A stretch of DNA of 64,000 nt from Carcharhinus longimanus. Taxonomy: Eukaryota. The notes under the pieces are model-generated. The model ran no database searches, was not told the DNA's origin, and worked only from the letters and a program-made list of their open reading frames with translations. Below, in pieces: positions 48,263 to 61,275 of this stretch. The stretch covers positions 44,199,521 through 44,263,520 of the forward strand of contig JASCQW010000081.1 of assembly GCA_030264375.1 (NCBI GenBank), in the 5' to 3' direction. Position numbers and translations under genes: made by a program. Numbering within the stretch: the stretch's first letter is position 1; every line of letters starts with the position of its first letter.

Positions 48263-49614
48263 AAGGTTGGAGATTCACCTACCCTCTTGTCATGCCTACA
48301 TCACTCTTCTTACCGACTTAACTCTAAGTAGGTCTCACCATTATGTTTGACCTCCTTCCACCACTGCCATTAACCCCAATGTTTATATAATAAGATTCCA
48401 CCCCAATCAACTCCACTAATATCCAGCATGCCGGTGACACTCATAATACATCTATCCAATAATCATGTTTACCAAATGCAATGCCTTTCAGACACTCATT
48501 GGTCTGAAGTGCCCTCTTACAGGAGAGGAGAGCACAAAATACAAGGGAGAGGATTACAGGCCGACCCCCATTGACTGTAAAGTTGTCAAATGTCAAGTAG
48601 AAAATGTTTAAAATGAGTATCATATCAGTCTCACCAAACATTGGCAAAAGCGACATACAGTTTTATCACTGCAGGGTGATATAAATTCATCTTCATAATT
48701 AAACATATTCAGCATCATTCTTTGCATTGCTACATGCAAATAATCACTTTAAATATTGCATTGCATTCTTTTAACAACTGAGTGAAAAGGCACAAACACA
48801 AACTCGCTGCTCCTATTTGGAATAATTACACTCTGCAGGCATTTGCAGCTGCAGATTTTATCCTTTACATCAAATAAAACTTCAAAGACAGCGACTGAAA
48901 CACCCACATAAATTGCAGCACTAATCATCATCAAAACAAAAGCTGAAAGCCACCATCATTCAGAAGTATTTTTCATCTTCATGCCTCGCTGCTGTAGCCT
49001 GAACTGATGAATATACACTTCTACTCTTGCACCTTAAAATGCTGTAATTTGCTGTTGGGCAATTAGATCTGTGATACCAGATCACACAAACAGGTCGTAG
49101 CATTTGTAAATTAATCGGTCATTAATGAAGGTGAAAGACATATGTTAACAATGTGCTGTATACCTTTTGACCTTTCACATAATAGTTCCTGATGTTATTT
49201 AAAATGTTTTTGTGATTGGTTATAACCATTACCTTTGCTGGCTGTATTTCCTAATGTCATAGAATGTTCTTCACATCTCATAAATTAAATGCAACAGTTC
49301 ATGGAACTAGTAAATGAGAAACTGTTCCAGTGAACTATTTTTGAACAGTTTAATATGTGGCAGACTATACTGCAGTGCAGCTTTATTGCACCATACAGCA
49401 TAGAGTTATGAAGCTTGTGCGTATAATCATAGCAAGTGTTAGTTTAAAGGTTAATGCTAATCTATCAACTTGACAATCGTTTTCTCCTGAAGTATTGTAT
49501 CACTGCGTCAACTTGCATTTATAATAGACCCTTAAATGTAACCAAACATCCCAAAGCACTTCACAGAGACAGAATTAAAAAAGTGGATGTCAAGCCAAAG
49601 AAGATGAGTGAGTT

Positions 49615-51345
49615 TAAGAATGTTACAACACAAAAGGTGGTCAGCCCACTGTGCTGAGCGGCACCTTGTAAAAGCTATCCCATTAGTCCCACTCCCGTGC
49701 TCTTACCTGATAGCCCTGCACATTTTTCCATTTCCATTATTATTTAATTTCCATTCAAAAGTTATTACTGAATTTGTTACCCTCATCCTTTCAGATAATG
49801 CACTCCAGATCATGTGTTTTTTTTTCCCATGCATCTTGCCAGTAACCTTAAATCAATCTGTGTTACCTGATTACCGACTTCTCTGTCACAGGATGCAGCT
49901 ACTCCTCATTTACTCTATATCAAAAACTCTTCAACTCTTCCCTTTACATTCTTTTCTCTAAGGGGAACAATCCTAATTCCACCAACCTCAGTATGTAACT
50001 GAAATCTTTCATTGTTGGTACAATTTTATTAAATCTACTGTGAACTCTGTCTAAGGCTTTGAAAGTCCTACTGAAGTGTGATGTCCATAACTGAACACAG
50101 TGGCCTAATTGGGGCCAAAATATTTCACATTACCTCCTTGCTTTTTGTACCTTTCCCTCTATTTATAAACTCAGGGATCTCAAATGCCTTTTAACAGCTT
50201 TCTAAGATTGTCTTGCCAGCTTCAAATACATATCAATGTACACCTCAGGTCTCTATCTTTTCTTGAACCCCCTTTAAAATTGTACAATTTAGTTTTTATT
50301 GCCTCTCTTCATTCTTTCTCCCAAAATGAATCACTTCACACTTAAGTACATTAAATTTAATGTGACATATGTGTCTCTCCTTATTTCATTCATCTTTGTT
50401 TTCCTGAAGTCTGTTACAAGACTCAGAAATTGAGTAAAAAGTATCAAGTTATACATTGTCCTGGGGATTGGTTAGCTTAGTTGGCTGGATGACAAGCGTG
50501 TGGTGCAGAATGATGTCAACAGTGCAGGTTCAATCCCTGTACCAGCTGTGGTTTGCCTTGTACTTGGTGTAGTGTGGTGCCCCTCAATCTATATAAACAA
50601 TTTCTGTTTCCAATTGTGAGAGATACCAATGTTCTTTTGTGGCCTGCAGCTAATTACCTGCCATGCCTCAGACACTCAAGTCCAGATCATGAATATATAT
50701 CAAAAAGTGTTACTGTCCTGACATTGATCTACAGGAGCACCACTGCACACTTCCATCTAGTCTGCAAAGCATCCATTTAGAAGTACTATTTGTTTTCAGC
50801 CAATTTCATATCCATGTAGCCGTTGACTTAAATTATGCTAACTTGTTTATGACTTTCAAGAAGCTTTGGTATGGACAGTGTCAACTGCTCAATCTTCATC
50901 AATCACAAGTTGCCTTCAAATTCACACTGCCTTTCATTTATAAATGCAAATTTGTTTTGTCAAGATTTATATCGCTACCCAACCACTTTAGGATGACTAG
51001 CCCTATAGTTAACAAAATTATCTCTCCCCTTTTTAAAAACAGGACCTAACATTTGCAATCTTACTGGACTATTCCCAGATCTAAGGATTGTTAGGTTGTG
51101 TCCAAGGATGCAGCACTTTCCACCGTCAGCAACCTAGGAAATATCCCATCCAGAACGGATAATTTTTCTACTTTAAAGCACAACCAAACTTTAAGTAGCT
51201 CCTGTTTATTTTAACCAACACAATTTTTTTTTACAATCTCCTCCTTTATCATGACATTGTTAGCATTCTCTTCTGTGGTAAAGACAGATGAGAAGTATTC
51301 ATTTAGTCCCTCCGCCATGCCCTCTGCTCTACAAGAAGATTCCTA
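49615..51345 (-). mobile_element. Old CR1 LINE, heavily decayed, interrupted by a SINE
   Basis: 3' UTR reverse complement (agctatcccattagtcccactccc), gtgtgatgtccataactgaacacag, aagacagatgagaagtattcattt (reverse complement of LNEYFSSVF). Confidence 0.75.
50462..50657 (+). mobile_element. tRNA-derived SINE (fourth family), decayed
   Basis: A-box-like ggttagcttagttgg and B-box-like ggttcaatccc; body unlike HE1 or Deu SINEs. Confidence 0.6.
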
Positions 51346-51394
51346 AATGGCCACACCTTACTCTGTCATGATATATATGTTCATAATGAGGAAA

Positions 51395-51760
51395 AGATAC
51401 CAAAAGCTTGGTTATAGCATTGGTTTTTAAGGTGTATCTTCAAGAAAGGGAGAAAGATGGAGATGTTAAGGAGGGAATTCCAGATCATGTGACATCAGAA
51501 TGAAGAGCAAAAGCTGAAATGTTGAGAGAAGGGAAGGGGGGATGTAAAAGGCCGCAAGAAATCCACTAGGAATGAAATGCTTGCAGGTGTCAGGTGTGGG
51601 GTAATGTTGGGCTTGGAGGGGTTACAGTAACCGGTAGGGGTAGGGCCATCCAGGAGTTTAAGCCAAAAGTAGACAGCTTTAAATCTGAGGTGTTAGGGAA
51701 CTGATAGTTATGGTAAGCTGGTGAGAATGAGTTCATAGGCAAGTGGCTCCTGAGACAGGA
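51395..51760 (-). mobile_element. Old L2 3' fragment
   Basis: ccaaaagcttggtt..ggtttttaagg..agggaattccaga, homologous to 27085-27190. Confidence 0.55.
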
Positions 51761-52844
51761 AACAATAATGTTATGTTCCAGTAAATTATGAACTTTCAGT
51801 CAATACTTTATTGGTTTACAATAAAGGCTGAAAATGACAGCTGCCCAAGGATCACCTGACCTCTTCTGTAGATTGAAACCACTCCCTTATATCAAGAGGG
51901 GACCAGATGAAACTTCCAAATCAATGTTTTATCAATGACTTTCTAGGAACTAATTCAAATGGATAATTTCAAATTGAATGTGTCATTCCAGCACGGACAC
52001 ATTGGCTGTCTTAAACTCTGAAAGAACAACTTAGGATGTCTCATCAACACAGCACCCTGTCTTGAAAGAAAGGACTTTGAGCTTTTACAAGTTACATAAT
52101 GAGAAGCCATTTTATTGCCTACATTAAAAATTTAGCAAGAAGCTGCTTGCAGACAAAACTGCACTGAAACCCATCGGACCAACTAAGTCATCTAAACAGT
52201 CAAGGTGCTTAACAGCAATATTCTGAAAGTGGGAGAAGGGCCTCCCTCCAACCTGTTCCAATTTTGAGTTCACCTGACAACCAACCTCCTTGAAAATTGA
52301 CTAAAGGAAGCCCCAGAGTTTACTTTCCAACACCTTCACTTCATCTAANNNNNNNNNNAGCAACTTCACATAAGAAAGTACTGGTCTGCCATGAAAGAGA
52401 TGGAGATAATTCTTAGTCATACCCAGTATTGTTTTATCTTTATCTCTATCTAATCTTTATGTGTCTGATAGAATGTATGCGATGAATGAGTGAGATATCC
52501 AGTTTTAAACATTTGGGATGAGTGAGTGATAATAAATAACATCATTTATTTATCAAGTCACAAAAAGGTTGATGCTGAAATAATTTAATTGGGACAATCA
52601 CTCTAGGGTAAGAAAGGGCAACCCCTATTTCATAAACATACTGTTATGGGCAGTGAAAGAAAACACATGAATTTTGTTTGCAACAATCAGCAGCAGAATT
52701 TGGATAAATTCAGACTTCCAGGAGATGGAAGAATGGACAACAGAGCGTTGGAGCAGTCAAGACACAAGGTAATAAGGATGAAGATGATGGTTTCAGCAAC
52801 ATGTGGCCCTCAAAGTACATAAAAGGTGCCTAGATTTGCACATC

Positions 52845-52978
52845 AAATGCTGTAGCCTGCAGGGATACAGATCAAATGCTGGAAAGTGAGATTAGGTTGT
52901 GTGGTTTGTTCCTCAGCTGGCATAGATATGATGGGCCAAGTAACTTCTTTCTGTGCATGAAATTTCTGTGATATAGAG
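52845..52978 (+). mobile_element. CR1 3' end fragment
   Basis: tgcagggatacag..gctggcatagatatgatgggccaagtaacttctttctgtgc. Confidence 0.65.
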
Positions 52979-52989
52979 ATGACATTAAA

Positions 52990-53340
52990 TAGATGTTCTT
53001 GGTGAAGGAGAGAAATTGGACCTAGAAGCATGTCCTGGGGCTGAAAAGGATGGCTAAACTGCAAACAATCTGGTTCAACGCAAGACCGTCACCAGAGAGG
53101 GGGATGGAATTAACAGCAAGGGTACAATTTGTGGTCGATTTGTTTCTACATTCCAACAGTTAACTGAAGGAAATTGTGGTTCATGGAGCACTGCATGATA
53201 CCAACGAGTTAGTGGAGGGGTTAAGACAGATGTAAAGAGAGAGAGCTAAGTGTTCTCAGTTTACTTGTGGAAGCTGACCTGAAGTCTATTGTTAATGCTG
53301 TCGAAGAGCAGATGACGAGGAGAGAATGAAGTATGCTGAT
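52990..53340 (-). mobile_element. Old L2 RT-region fragment
   Basis: gagagctaagtgttctcagtttacttgtggaagctgac approximates the reverse complement of SFHxYADDTQLY coding sequence. Confidence 0.5.
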
Positions 53341-53369
53341 AGATCATTAAGGCGCTCTGGGATAACAAT

Positions 53370-54126
53370 GTGGGTAGAAAGGAATTAACAGGAAATGTTC
53401 TGACAACAACAGGTAGGCATGTTTGAATCCAAGTGAGTTTAACTATGACAAAAATAATTAGCATAACTTTTACCAGTTGAAATATAAACATGACAAGGTA
53501 TAATTCTTAATGGTTAGCTACCTCTATTAGTTCCAATTTGAGCAATATTCATCATAGACTTAAATGCCTCTTCAGAATCAGTTAGCAAAAGCACACAGGC
53601 TTATGTGAGTTGCAGTCTTCCAGCCTTTTAACACTGTGGGACAGAGGGATACCTGTCTTCTGATTCTCAGAAAGCAAACTTCACAAAGAGAGAGAGGGTG
53701 TTGTGAGGGAGGAGATCTCTTCCTTTTGCAGACCTCTGGCAAAAGATACCTCTTTTCTAACAAGTCCCAGACTACAATTTCCAGAGCAGAGGAAAAGCTA
53801 CTACTCAGTTCAAATTCAAACAGCCATTGTCTGCCTGTCTCTCTGTAAGCCTAGCTCTTCCCATTAGCACATGACATGCACATGTCAATCAACTTAATTA
53901 AACCCTGCTCTGAAAGGACCAGGGGACAATCCTACAAATAACAAAACTGCATTAATTCAGATTAAAAGGAACACTCCAGTTATCAGGAGCAATTATTTCT
54001 TTGCATGCTCAGCAAGTGGGCTGCCGGCTGCAGATAATTGCACCATAATCAGAGCTGCAGTATAAAACAGTCCCTTCACGAGAAACCTGACACAAATGCA
54101 ATTCTTAAACAAATAGTATCGTCACA
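53370..54126 (-). mobile_element. Putative solo LTR, same family as 5116-5822
   Basis: Minus strand begins TGTGACGATA; shares gtcatgtg..taatgggaagagct, ttgctaactg and ttggaact motifs; 3' boundary uncertain. Confidence 0.5.
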
Positions 54127-55011
54127 AAGTCATACTTCTACGAATCTTCATTCCTTTAAATGATAATCATCCTAAGGGTGTAGTTTTCTAGAGTTCTTTT
54201 CCAACAACTCAAAAAAAGACACAAAATTTGTGGTTTGGCCACTTCTGGGAAAATACCCAACTCTTTCGCATATCTGAGCTATTCCAAAGCTTTCCACATT
54301 TTCAATCTTTTTATCCAGCTTGAACACTGTTTCCAAAATCTCTGTCCCCTTTTCAACCCAAGAGAAAAAAAATTGACCTCTACCTGAGAGTAATTTTCTT
54401 CTTCTCACAAGAATTCTCTGTATTCTGCTGTCTGTCTCTGTCTACTTTCTCCTTGTGTCTGTGTGGGCAAATAGCCTTCAACGTCCATATCCTTTGCCTG
54501 TGGCTTTCTTTTGTGTCTGCAGTGTCTTATGACTGCCAGCCAGTCAGCTTCTGTCTGCTCACTTCCTTCCTATTGATACGGCTTCCAGATCAATAGTGGC
54601 TGGGTCATATGAAATGGTATATTTTTATTGTCCAAGGAAAATAAAATTTATCCTTTACAATCTATATAAATACTAAAAAGTCCCTTTCAAACGTTTTAAT
54701 CAACCACCAACTCCACAGACATTTTGAACTAATTACAAATTTTCCTTGCTGTACTGCTTCTGGGTCAAGGCCATCATAATGTAAATAATAAAACTCGTTA
54801 CTCTCACACAGCACTGCACACAGTATATTGATGCATGTGGTAATACTATCATCTGTCTCCGGCAACCTTGTGTTACAGTTTTTCTGTCTTTTTTTCTACT
54901 TGTCTTGCTGTGTTCTCTCTCATAACATGTTTGTCCTTCCCATTGTTTTACTTCTTTTGTCTGTATAGTTGGTAGATGGTAATATGCGCTGTGGGAGGAA
55001 AAGGTGCAACC

Positions 55012-55599
55012 AGTCCCTGCAGGCTGTATTCAAAGTGGTGTAATATGGGAAGTGTAGCCCTACCTGCTTAATTCTCTCTGACTCATATTGGCCCGTCTTC
55101 CTCACTTCCACCTGAGGCCCTACCCCTTCATCACTGACTGTTTCCTTCCTTCCTTATCATGAAAATTATGAGGTGCATAGACAGGAATAAATTTTTCCCT
55201 TTAGTAAAGGGGTCAATAACAAAAGGATATAGATTTAAGGTAAGGGGCAGGAGATTTAATCAGGATTTGAGGAAAAGACTTTTCACCCAGAGGATGGTGG
55301 GAATCCAGAACTGCCTGAAANNNNNNNNNNNNNNNNNNNNNNNNNNNNNNNNNNNNNNNNNNNNNNNNNNNNNNNNNNNNNNNNNNNNNNNNNNNNNNNN
55401 NNNNNNNNNNNNNNNNNNNNNNATTCCTGTCTATGCACCTCATAATTTTCATGATAAGGAAGGAAGGAAACAGTCAGTGATGAAGGGGTAGGGCCTCAGA
55501 TGGAAGTGAGGAAGAGGTGCCAATATGAGTCAGAGAGAATTAAGCAGGTAGGGCTACACTTCCCATATTACACCACTTTGAATGCAGCCTGCAGGGACT
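55012..55599. repeat. 177-bp inverted repeat (55012-55188 / 55423-55599) around a CR1 fragment and N gap
   Basis: Arms are reverse complements with about 4 mismatches counted by eye. Confidence 0.95.
55160..55320 (+). mobile_element. CR1 3' fragment
   Basis: KIMRCIDRNKFFPLVKGSITKGYRFKVRGRRFNQDLRKRLFTQRMVGIQNCL. Confidence 0.85.
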
Positions 55600-55889
55600 T
55601 ATCGCCTTGGAGTTCCACACCCCATCCCCAAACCACCCAACCCGGTCAGACCATTTCCCTCCATCTTTGAATGTGGAAACATACTGCCTGTCTTCCTTTT
55701 CTCTCTTTCGCTCTCTGTCCGTTATTTTGGATAACAAAACGTCATTTTCTTTTCACAAAGTAATTTGAGCGCCTCGTGAACCTTGTTGTCAGACTGCAGC
55801 TATTAAATTGGAGATATAGAGAACATGAATAGGTGGGAAGTTAAAAGTTGCCCAAACTGCCTGAATCTGCTCGGGGAGAGGTTTGACCT

Positions 55890-56370
55890 TCGGAGTTTCC
55901 ACGTATGCCCAACTACTGCAGAGAAGCTCATTCATGCTTTGGTTACCTCTGAATTTGACAATTTCAGTGCTCTCCAGGCTGGCCTCCCATCTATCATCCT
56001 CTTTAAACCTCAGCTCATCTAAAATCCTTGAGCTCATTGACCTACATTGGTTGCTGTCCATCAATACTTTCAGTTTTTTATTTAAAAAAATCCATCGCCA
56101 TATTCAGTCTTCTACATGGTTTTGTATGTTCCTATCTCTGGAACAATTTTAACTGTCTGAGTGATAACTCGGTGCTACTCCCATTCTGGCCTCTGGTGCA
56201 CCTCTGATATCCTTTGTCCACTTTTGCCAGACCTGCTTTCAGTCATCTGGAATTCCTTCTCAAAATCTGAAACTATCTGCCTGCCTCCATGTTGCTCTCC
56301 ATGGTTAAGGTGCTGCTTAAAACGGTGAGCACCTGTGCTAATATCGCATTCCTTGGTGTGGTGTCATTTC
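55890..56370 (+). mobile_element. L2 LINE 3' fragment
   Basis: AEKLIHALVTSEFDNFSALQAGLP motif; gacctacattggttgc. Confidence 0.75.
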
Positions 56371-56795
56371 TTCTCCACTATGAAGAATCATCTAAACAGC
56401 TGTCCCCTGCTTTGCACACCCTCACCTCTTGCCATAATGCCACCATCTCCCAGTTTGGAGGAATTAGAATGGTTTTCTTATTGCAGACAGCACTATGACA
56501 ACTGATTCAGGGAAAATCAGTCCTTCACTGGGGATCCCTTTATCATATATTCATAATGCCCAGTGCCAGTTTCAGGCATGGGTACTACATGCCAATTTTA
56601 TGGCCATTTGCAATATAACAGCTGATATAATAAACATGAGCTTGCAGCTGCCATATCTGTAAAGGCCAGAAAAGCAGGCGAATTACTAAGCCATAAAGTG
56701 TTTTCACTCAAGCAATCTTTTTCCGATCTCCTGTCAGTAGATTCATGGAACAGCATCATCCGTAATCTGGGAAGAATTAGCAGTACATTTTTTAC

Positions 56796-57031
56796 TCATT
56801 AGGTTGGCAATGAGACTGCAAGGCTGTGCACATTGGGAGAAATAAAGTGGACAGCCGCATAATTGAACGAATGTCATCTGAAATCACATCGTCATTAGAA
56901 AGATTCAATTTTGTTTTTTTATCATTTAAATAGTGAACGTCATTGTTCAAAAAAGGTTCATTCATATTCTGTGCTTTCAGATTAAGGTTATCAGTCATCA
57001 GCCACCTTGCATGTTAATGATGAAAGTCTTG
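56796..57031 (-). other. Candidate exon of an unidentified gene (possible first coding exon, ATG at 56998)
   Basis: Acceptor tattttgttctttcag, 67 open codons (MTDNLNLK..SHCQPN), weak donor ga|gtaaaa, non-repeat context, four CpGs retained; no homolog recognised. Confidence 0.2.
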
Positions 57032-57314
57032 CTGAAAGAACAAAATAATAGTAAGCAGCTGAAAGCATTTTGCACTGATTACAATCAAATATATTAATTA
57101 TATAACGTTAACACAGAGAAACAACATTTGCAAGGCTCCCACTACCAGCTTAGGTCAATGTAAGGACCACCCACAATAACAATGAAGGGTGCAGACTGTT
57201 CAAATTTTGACAAACGAGTCTATATCCCTAATTTGAATAAAATGCTGGCACATTAAAAGCCAGAGATGGCATACTTGGCTGGGAACCAGAATATCCAGCA
57301 AGACAACACTCTTA

Positions 57315-57616
57315 GAGCGGCATGGTGGCACAGTGGTTAACACTGCTGCCGCATAGTGCCAGGGTCCCAGTTTGATTTCCAGCTTGGATTACTGTCTGTG
57401 TGGAGATTGCATGTTCTCCCTGTGGTCTGCTTGGGTTTCTTCCGAGTGCTCCAGCCTCCTCCTATAGTCCAAAGCAGTGCAGGTTAGGTGAATCGGCCAT
57501 GCTAAATTCTCCCTTGGCGTACCCGAACAGGTGCCAGAGTGTGGCGACCAGGGGATTTTCACAGCAACTTCATTGCAGTGTTAATGTAAGCGTACTTGTG
57601 ACAAATAAATAAACTT
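57315..57616 (+). mobile_element. V-SINE with alternative tail, full length
   Basis: Head, V domain, tail ggcgaccaggggattttcacagcaacttcattgcagtgttaatgtaagcgtacttgtgacaaataaataaac. Confidence 0.9.
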
Positions 57617-57679
57617 TATTATTCTTCACACTAATCATTTGAAATTCCAGTTAACAGTGGAAAACAATGACACAAGGAA

Positions 57680-57770
57680 TTACAGGAATAGGGCATGGGT
57701 GCGATTGTGGCCGGTACAGACTCAATGGGCCGAATGGCCTCCTTCTGCACTGCAGGATTCTATAATTCTA
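57680..57770 (+). mobile_element. HE1 3' tail fragment
   Basis: aatgggccgaatggcctccttctgcactgcaggattctataattcta. Confidence 0.8.
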
Positions 57771-57772
57771 AC

Positions 57773-57908
57773 AGTGGGAATTCTCTGGCTGTTCAGACCC
57801 TGCCACTGCTACCAGCAAGGATGGAGAATTTGGTGCTCAACTGTATCTCTGTTCACTGCAGCAGGACCAGAGAAACACAGCTGCGAGCGAGCTTGGAGAA
57901 TCGGCCCC
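57773..57908. mobile_element. Short MITE (Harbinger-like TIRs)
   Basis: GTGGGAATTCTC ... GGAGAATCGGCCCC; right end resembles the TIR of the 20253 family. Confidence 0.5.
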
Positions 57909-59979
57909 AAGATTTTACATTTGCTATTAAATAAACACAATTTTTGTAGACAAGATTTACTTTAAACTGCAGAACAGTACGGTCCCTTTTTGTACTCATT
58001 GCACTCCCCACAGAATTACAGTCTACATGACAAAAGGCCCACAGTTGTTCCCTGCTCCCAGTGGGTTCAGCTTTTCCTTTTTCACTGAATAGTAACTTTG
58101 AATGACTACCTACAGCTGCTTCCCTTAGTTTTCAGAGAGTTTCCTAAATTATCCACCAGCAGTGAAGCCTGGCCCAATGATTATTCCCTCTGGCTGTGCC
58201 AGGATGAATCTCCCGGAATCCTTAGATGACTGCAGGATGCGTCTCTTCCACCAGAGACTGACTTCCTCTCACATCCAGCAGTGGTAGATTGCAAAGGCAA
58301 GTAGCCTCTTCTCTCTGACGACAGCACACCAGCTACTGTCGGTTTGTGATATTCACTGATTTGTAGGAAAGCTTCTAACCTGATCTCAAAAATGGATTCC
58401 TCTATCTTCACTGAGACAACACTTCGTCTAGGTAGAAATGCTAATTAACTATCCTTGAGACCCCAACTCCCTTTTCATCTTGGAACTAAACAAGCAGTTT
58501 AAAGCACAACTGCTTACAAGTTGATATTTCTGAACACTTATCTGGGATTTTGGAGACTCAAAGTCTACACTATAAGCACGCAGGCTGCTGCTGTTGTCAC
58601 CAAGTGTAAATACATTGCCCCTTCTCCTAGAAAAATAATCCAAGCCTTCCCTTTGTCTCTAATAACCAAACCAGCCAGGCTTACTGTTAGGCAGACTTCA
58701 GAACAGGACGCATAACCCCCTTCATTTTTAAAAATACAGCCACAAAATATCATCATCTTCTTAAAAACCTCATTTTTATACCATTATTAAAATGCAAATG
58801 GGTCATAGGATTGTTCTGTGCATAGCCAAATGCCTGCTTAGATGTAATTACAGTCACATTGATTGCCTTTGTTTTCTCTTCTCAGTTGTTTAGAATAGTG
58901 GGAACTCACAAAGAACTAGCCATCCTCACCTTTTCATTATAGCGCAATGTAAAGGATATTTGGACTGATCCCATCGCATGCACTCAGATTTTATAAACAA
59001 GGCATATGCTCTGTGCAGACCCTCATCCATAGGTGTGAAATTTAACCCAAGGCCTTTGAACTGTGATTTATATCTGTAAATAAAGCCACACTATTGAGAT
59101 CATAAGCTCTAACTTAGCTCCCAAATCAACTATTGTAAAATTAGACATATGATTTCCGAGTGATTTTCTGATCTATTCCCAGTGGTGATTTGCAAATGAT
59201 GTCCTTTTGAATATTAAAGCTTATTTTTCCTGACTTTTAACTTTGATTTCCATTTATGTCTTCTGGTCCTACTTTGAAGTAGTAATCTGGGTTTACCATT
59301 TCTGCACCACAATTTAGTATTCTAAATTTGTCACTAATGCCCCTTTGACTATTTATTTTGACATTCTACAAGGCAGGAGTTTTTTTTTTAAGCCTAACCC
59401 CTTTAAACTTAAGTTCACTTTCTTCTACCCTAAATGAATCGGATGTCCAGTAAAATTAATGGCCTGTGAGTTTAACTCTCCACTCCCACCCTCTGCTGCT
59501 GGATCCGAACGGGGTGAACAAGGGATTAACATGGGCCTAGTGTACAAATGAGCTCAAGATCGCCCAATTGTCCAGCACATTTTAATGGTGGTGAGTTTCT
59601 TCTGTGATGATATTAGGATGTAATATAAACATGCAGAACACAGGCAGGATCGATTCTTCATTGAACAGGCTGCTGGATTTCAAAGGACACCAACTCAAGA
59701 TTAGTTACAGGTGCTATAAGTGACCATTTTGGAATATGGGCCTGTGGTTATAGCGTATTGTATTGAATATTTTTACTTTATTCTTTATTCATAAGTTACT
59801 GCAGCCAGAACTACTGTGCATGTATTCTGTTTTTCCTGCAGTATGTTGAATGGGGGAGGAAAAGGCATAGTGAATGCATTGGCAGCAGAAAGAACTCCAG
59901 AAGAAGCAAGGGCAGCAGGAGGGCCTTAGTGAAGTCAGCGGGTGAAGGAGTCTGCTCACAGAACAGCTCGCTAACTTCA

Positions 59980-60215
59980 CAGGAGGTAAAGATTAAAGGT
60001 CACCTTCTTGGACCTGTCTGAGGAGCTGTACCTCAGGAGGCTGATATTATCCAGGCATGTAGTCGCTAACCTTTGTTGTCTCCTGGAAGATGACCTAATA
60101 GGCCGGGTAGGAGTGGAGCGCAGGGATAACCATGGTATGGTATGCTAGTGGCAGCACGAGTCATCAATACCTTTGGATTTTATCCTTCTGGATTGTTCCA
60201 GGCTCCCCACTGGAG
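59980..60215 (+). pseudogene. PIF/Harbinger (HARBI1-like) transposase N-terminal relic
   Basis: KVTFLDLSEELYLRRLILSRHVVANLCCLLEDDL../LVAARVINTFGFYPSGLFQ (compare recalled HARBI1 LGFYTSGSFQ). Confidence 0.8.
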
Positions 60216-61275
60216 GACGTTATTGCTCATGGCTGACAGCTACCTCGAGGGTGAAATCAGACAACCTGGGAACCTTTCTCGCTTCACAACTTTCACAGCT
60301 TTTTGATAGAAACTTCTGCTATGTTTCACTTCATCAACTCTAGAGGTTTTAAACAGCAAACCCACTGGAAATTACATTACATGGGCAAGCATAAAAATGC
60401 ATTTTCACAGATTTCATTGGAAACATAAAAGTTATTTATTAATAAGAGAACAGTAGGCTCAGGATTGTAACTAGCTCCCAAAATGCCTCAGCCTAGGAGA
60501 ACTCCACCCACTGGGATGATTCCACGCTTTGAATCCCAATTGGTCACATAGACGATGTGACCCATACTCACTGTGTGCCCTTAGAGGGGCAATCACTACA
60601 GCAAGTGTGTTACAGCCAGCAGGATGGACTGACCAGCCTGCCAGTATTATGGAGTTGCTGTGTGAGACTCGCCAGTGCTCTCCTTTCCAAATGCACTGCC
60701 TGCTTCAGGCATGTGGTCACTGTTCATGCTTTCTTCTGGGCCACAATTTAATTTGCTCTGAATGGTTAATGCTTTACGCCAAACAAAAATAGTGATCTGC
60801 CACTGTAGCTACTGAAACATTTCATGAATTCATGACAGTTTACTGCCAGCTATACAGTAATTATCAATTAAATATCTTGTTCCCCCCACCACCACCACCC
60901 AAGATATACTGCAGAACCTGACAGTGGTTATTGTGGATCATTGTCTATGCTTTCTGGGCAGTAACTGCTAAGGTGGATTAAACAGTTTTTATAGATGTGT
61001 TTTCATCAGAGGTTTACACCTCATTGAAATTAATGGCTTTTGAAGGTTATTAAAACTTGTGAAAGGCATTCCCAAAACTGTCGATGCACTAAGAGTAAAG
61101 CATTCTGCAATATTTTAAACAATCCGCATATGAACTAACCGCCCAAGTAACCCTTCTGTCACTGAAACCATCATCCATATCTGTCACTTCCAGATTTAAT
61201 CTTTTGGCTGACTTCCCGTCCTCTTATAAACTACAGTTCATTGAAAACTGCTGCCTGTAGCCTCACCCACACCAA

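Noticed and set aside
58181-58430. 76-aa minus-strand ORF with an upstream acceptor-like site
   Set aside because: Non-ATG start, no recognisable domain and no donor before the stop; at most an unverifiable non-coding exon.
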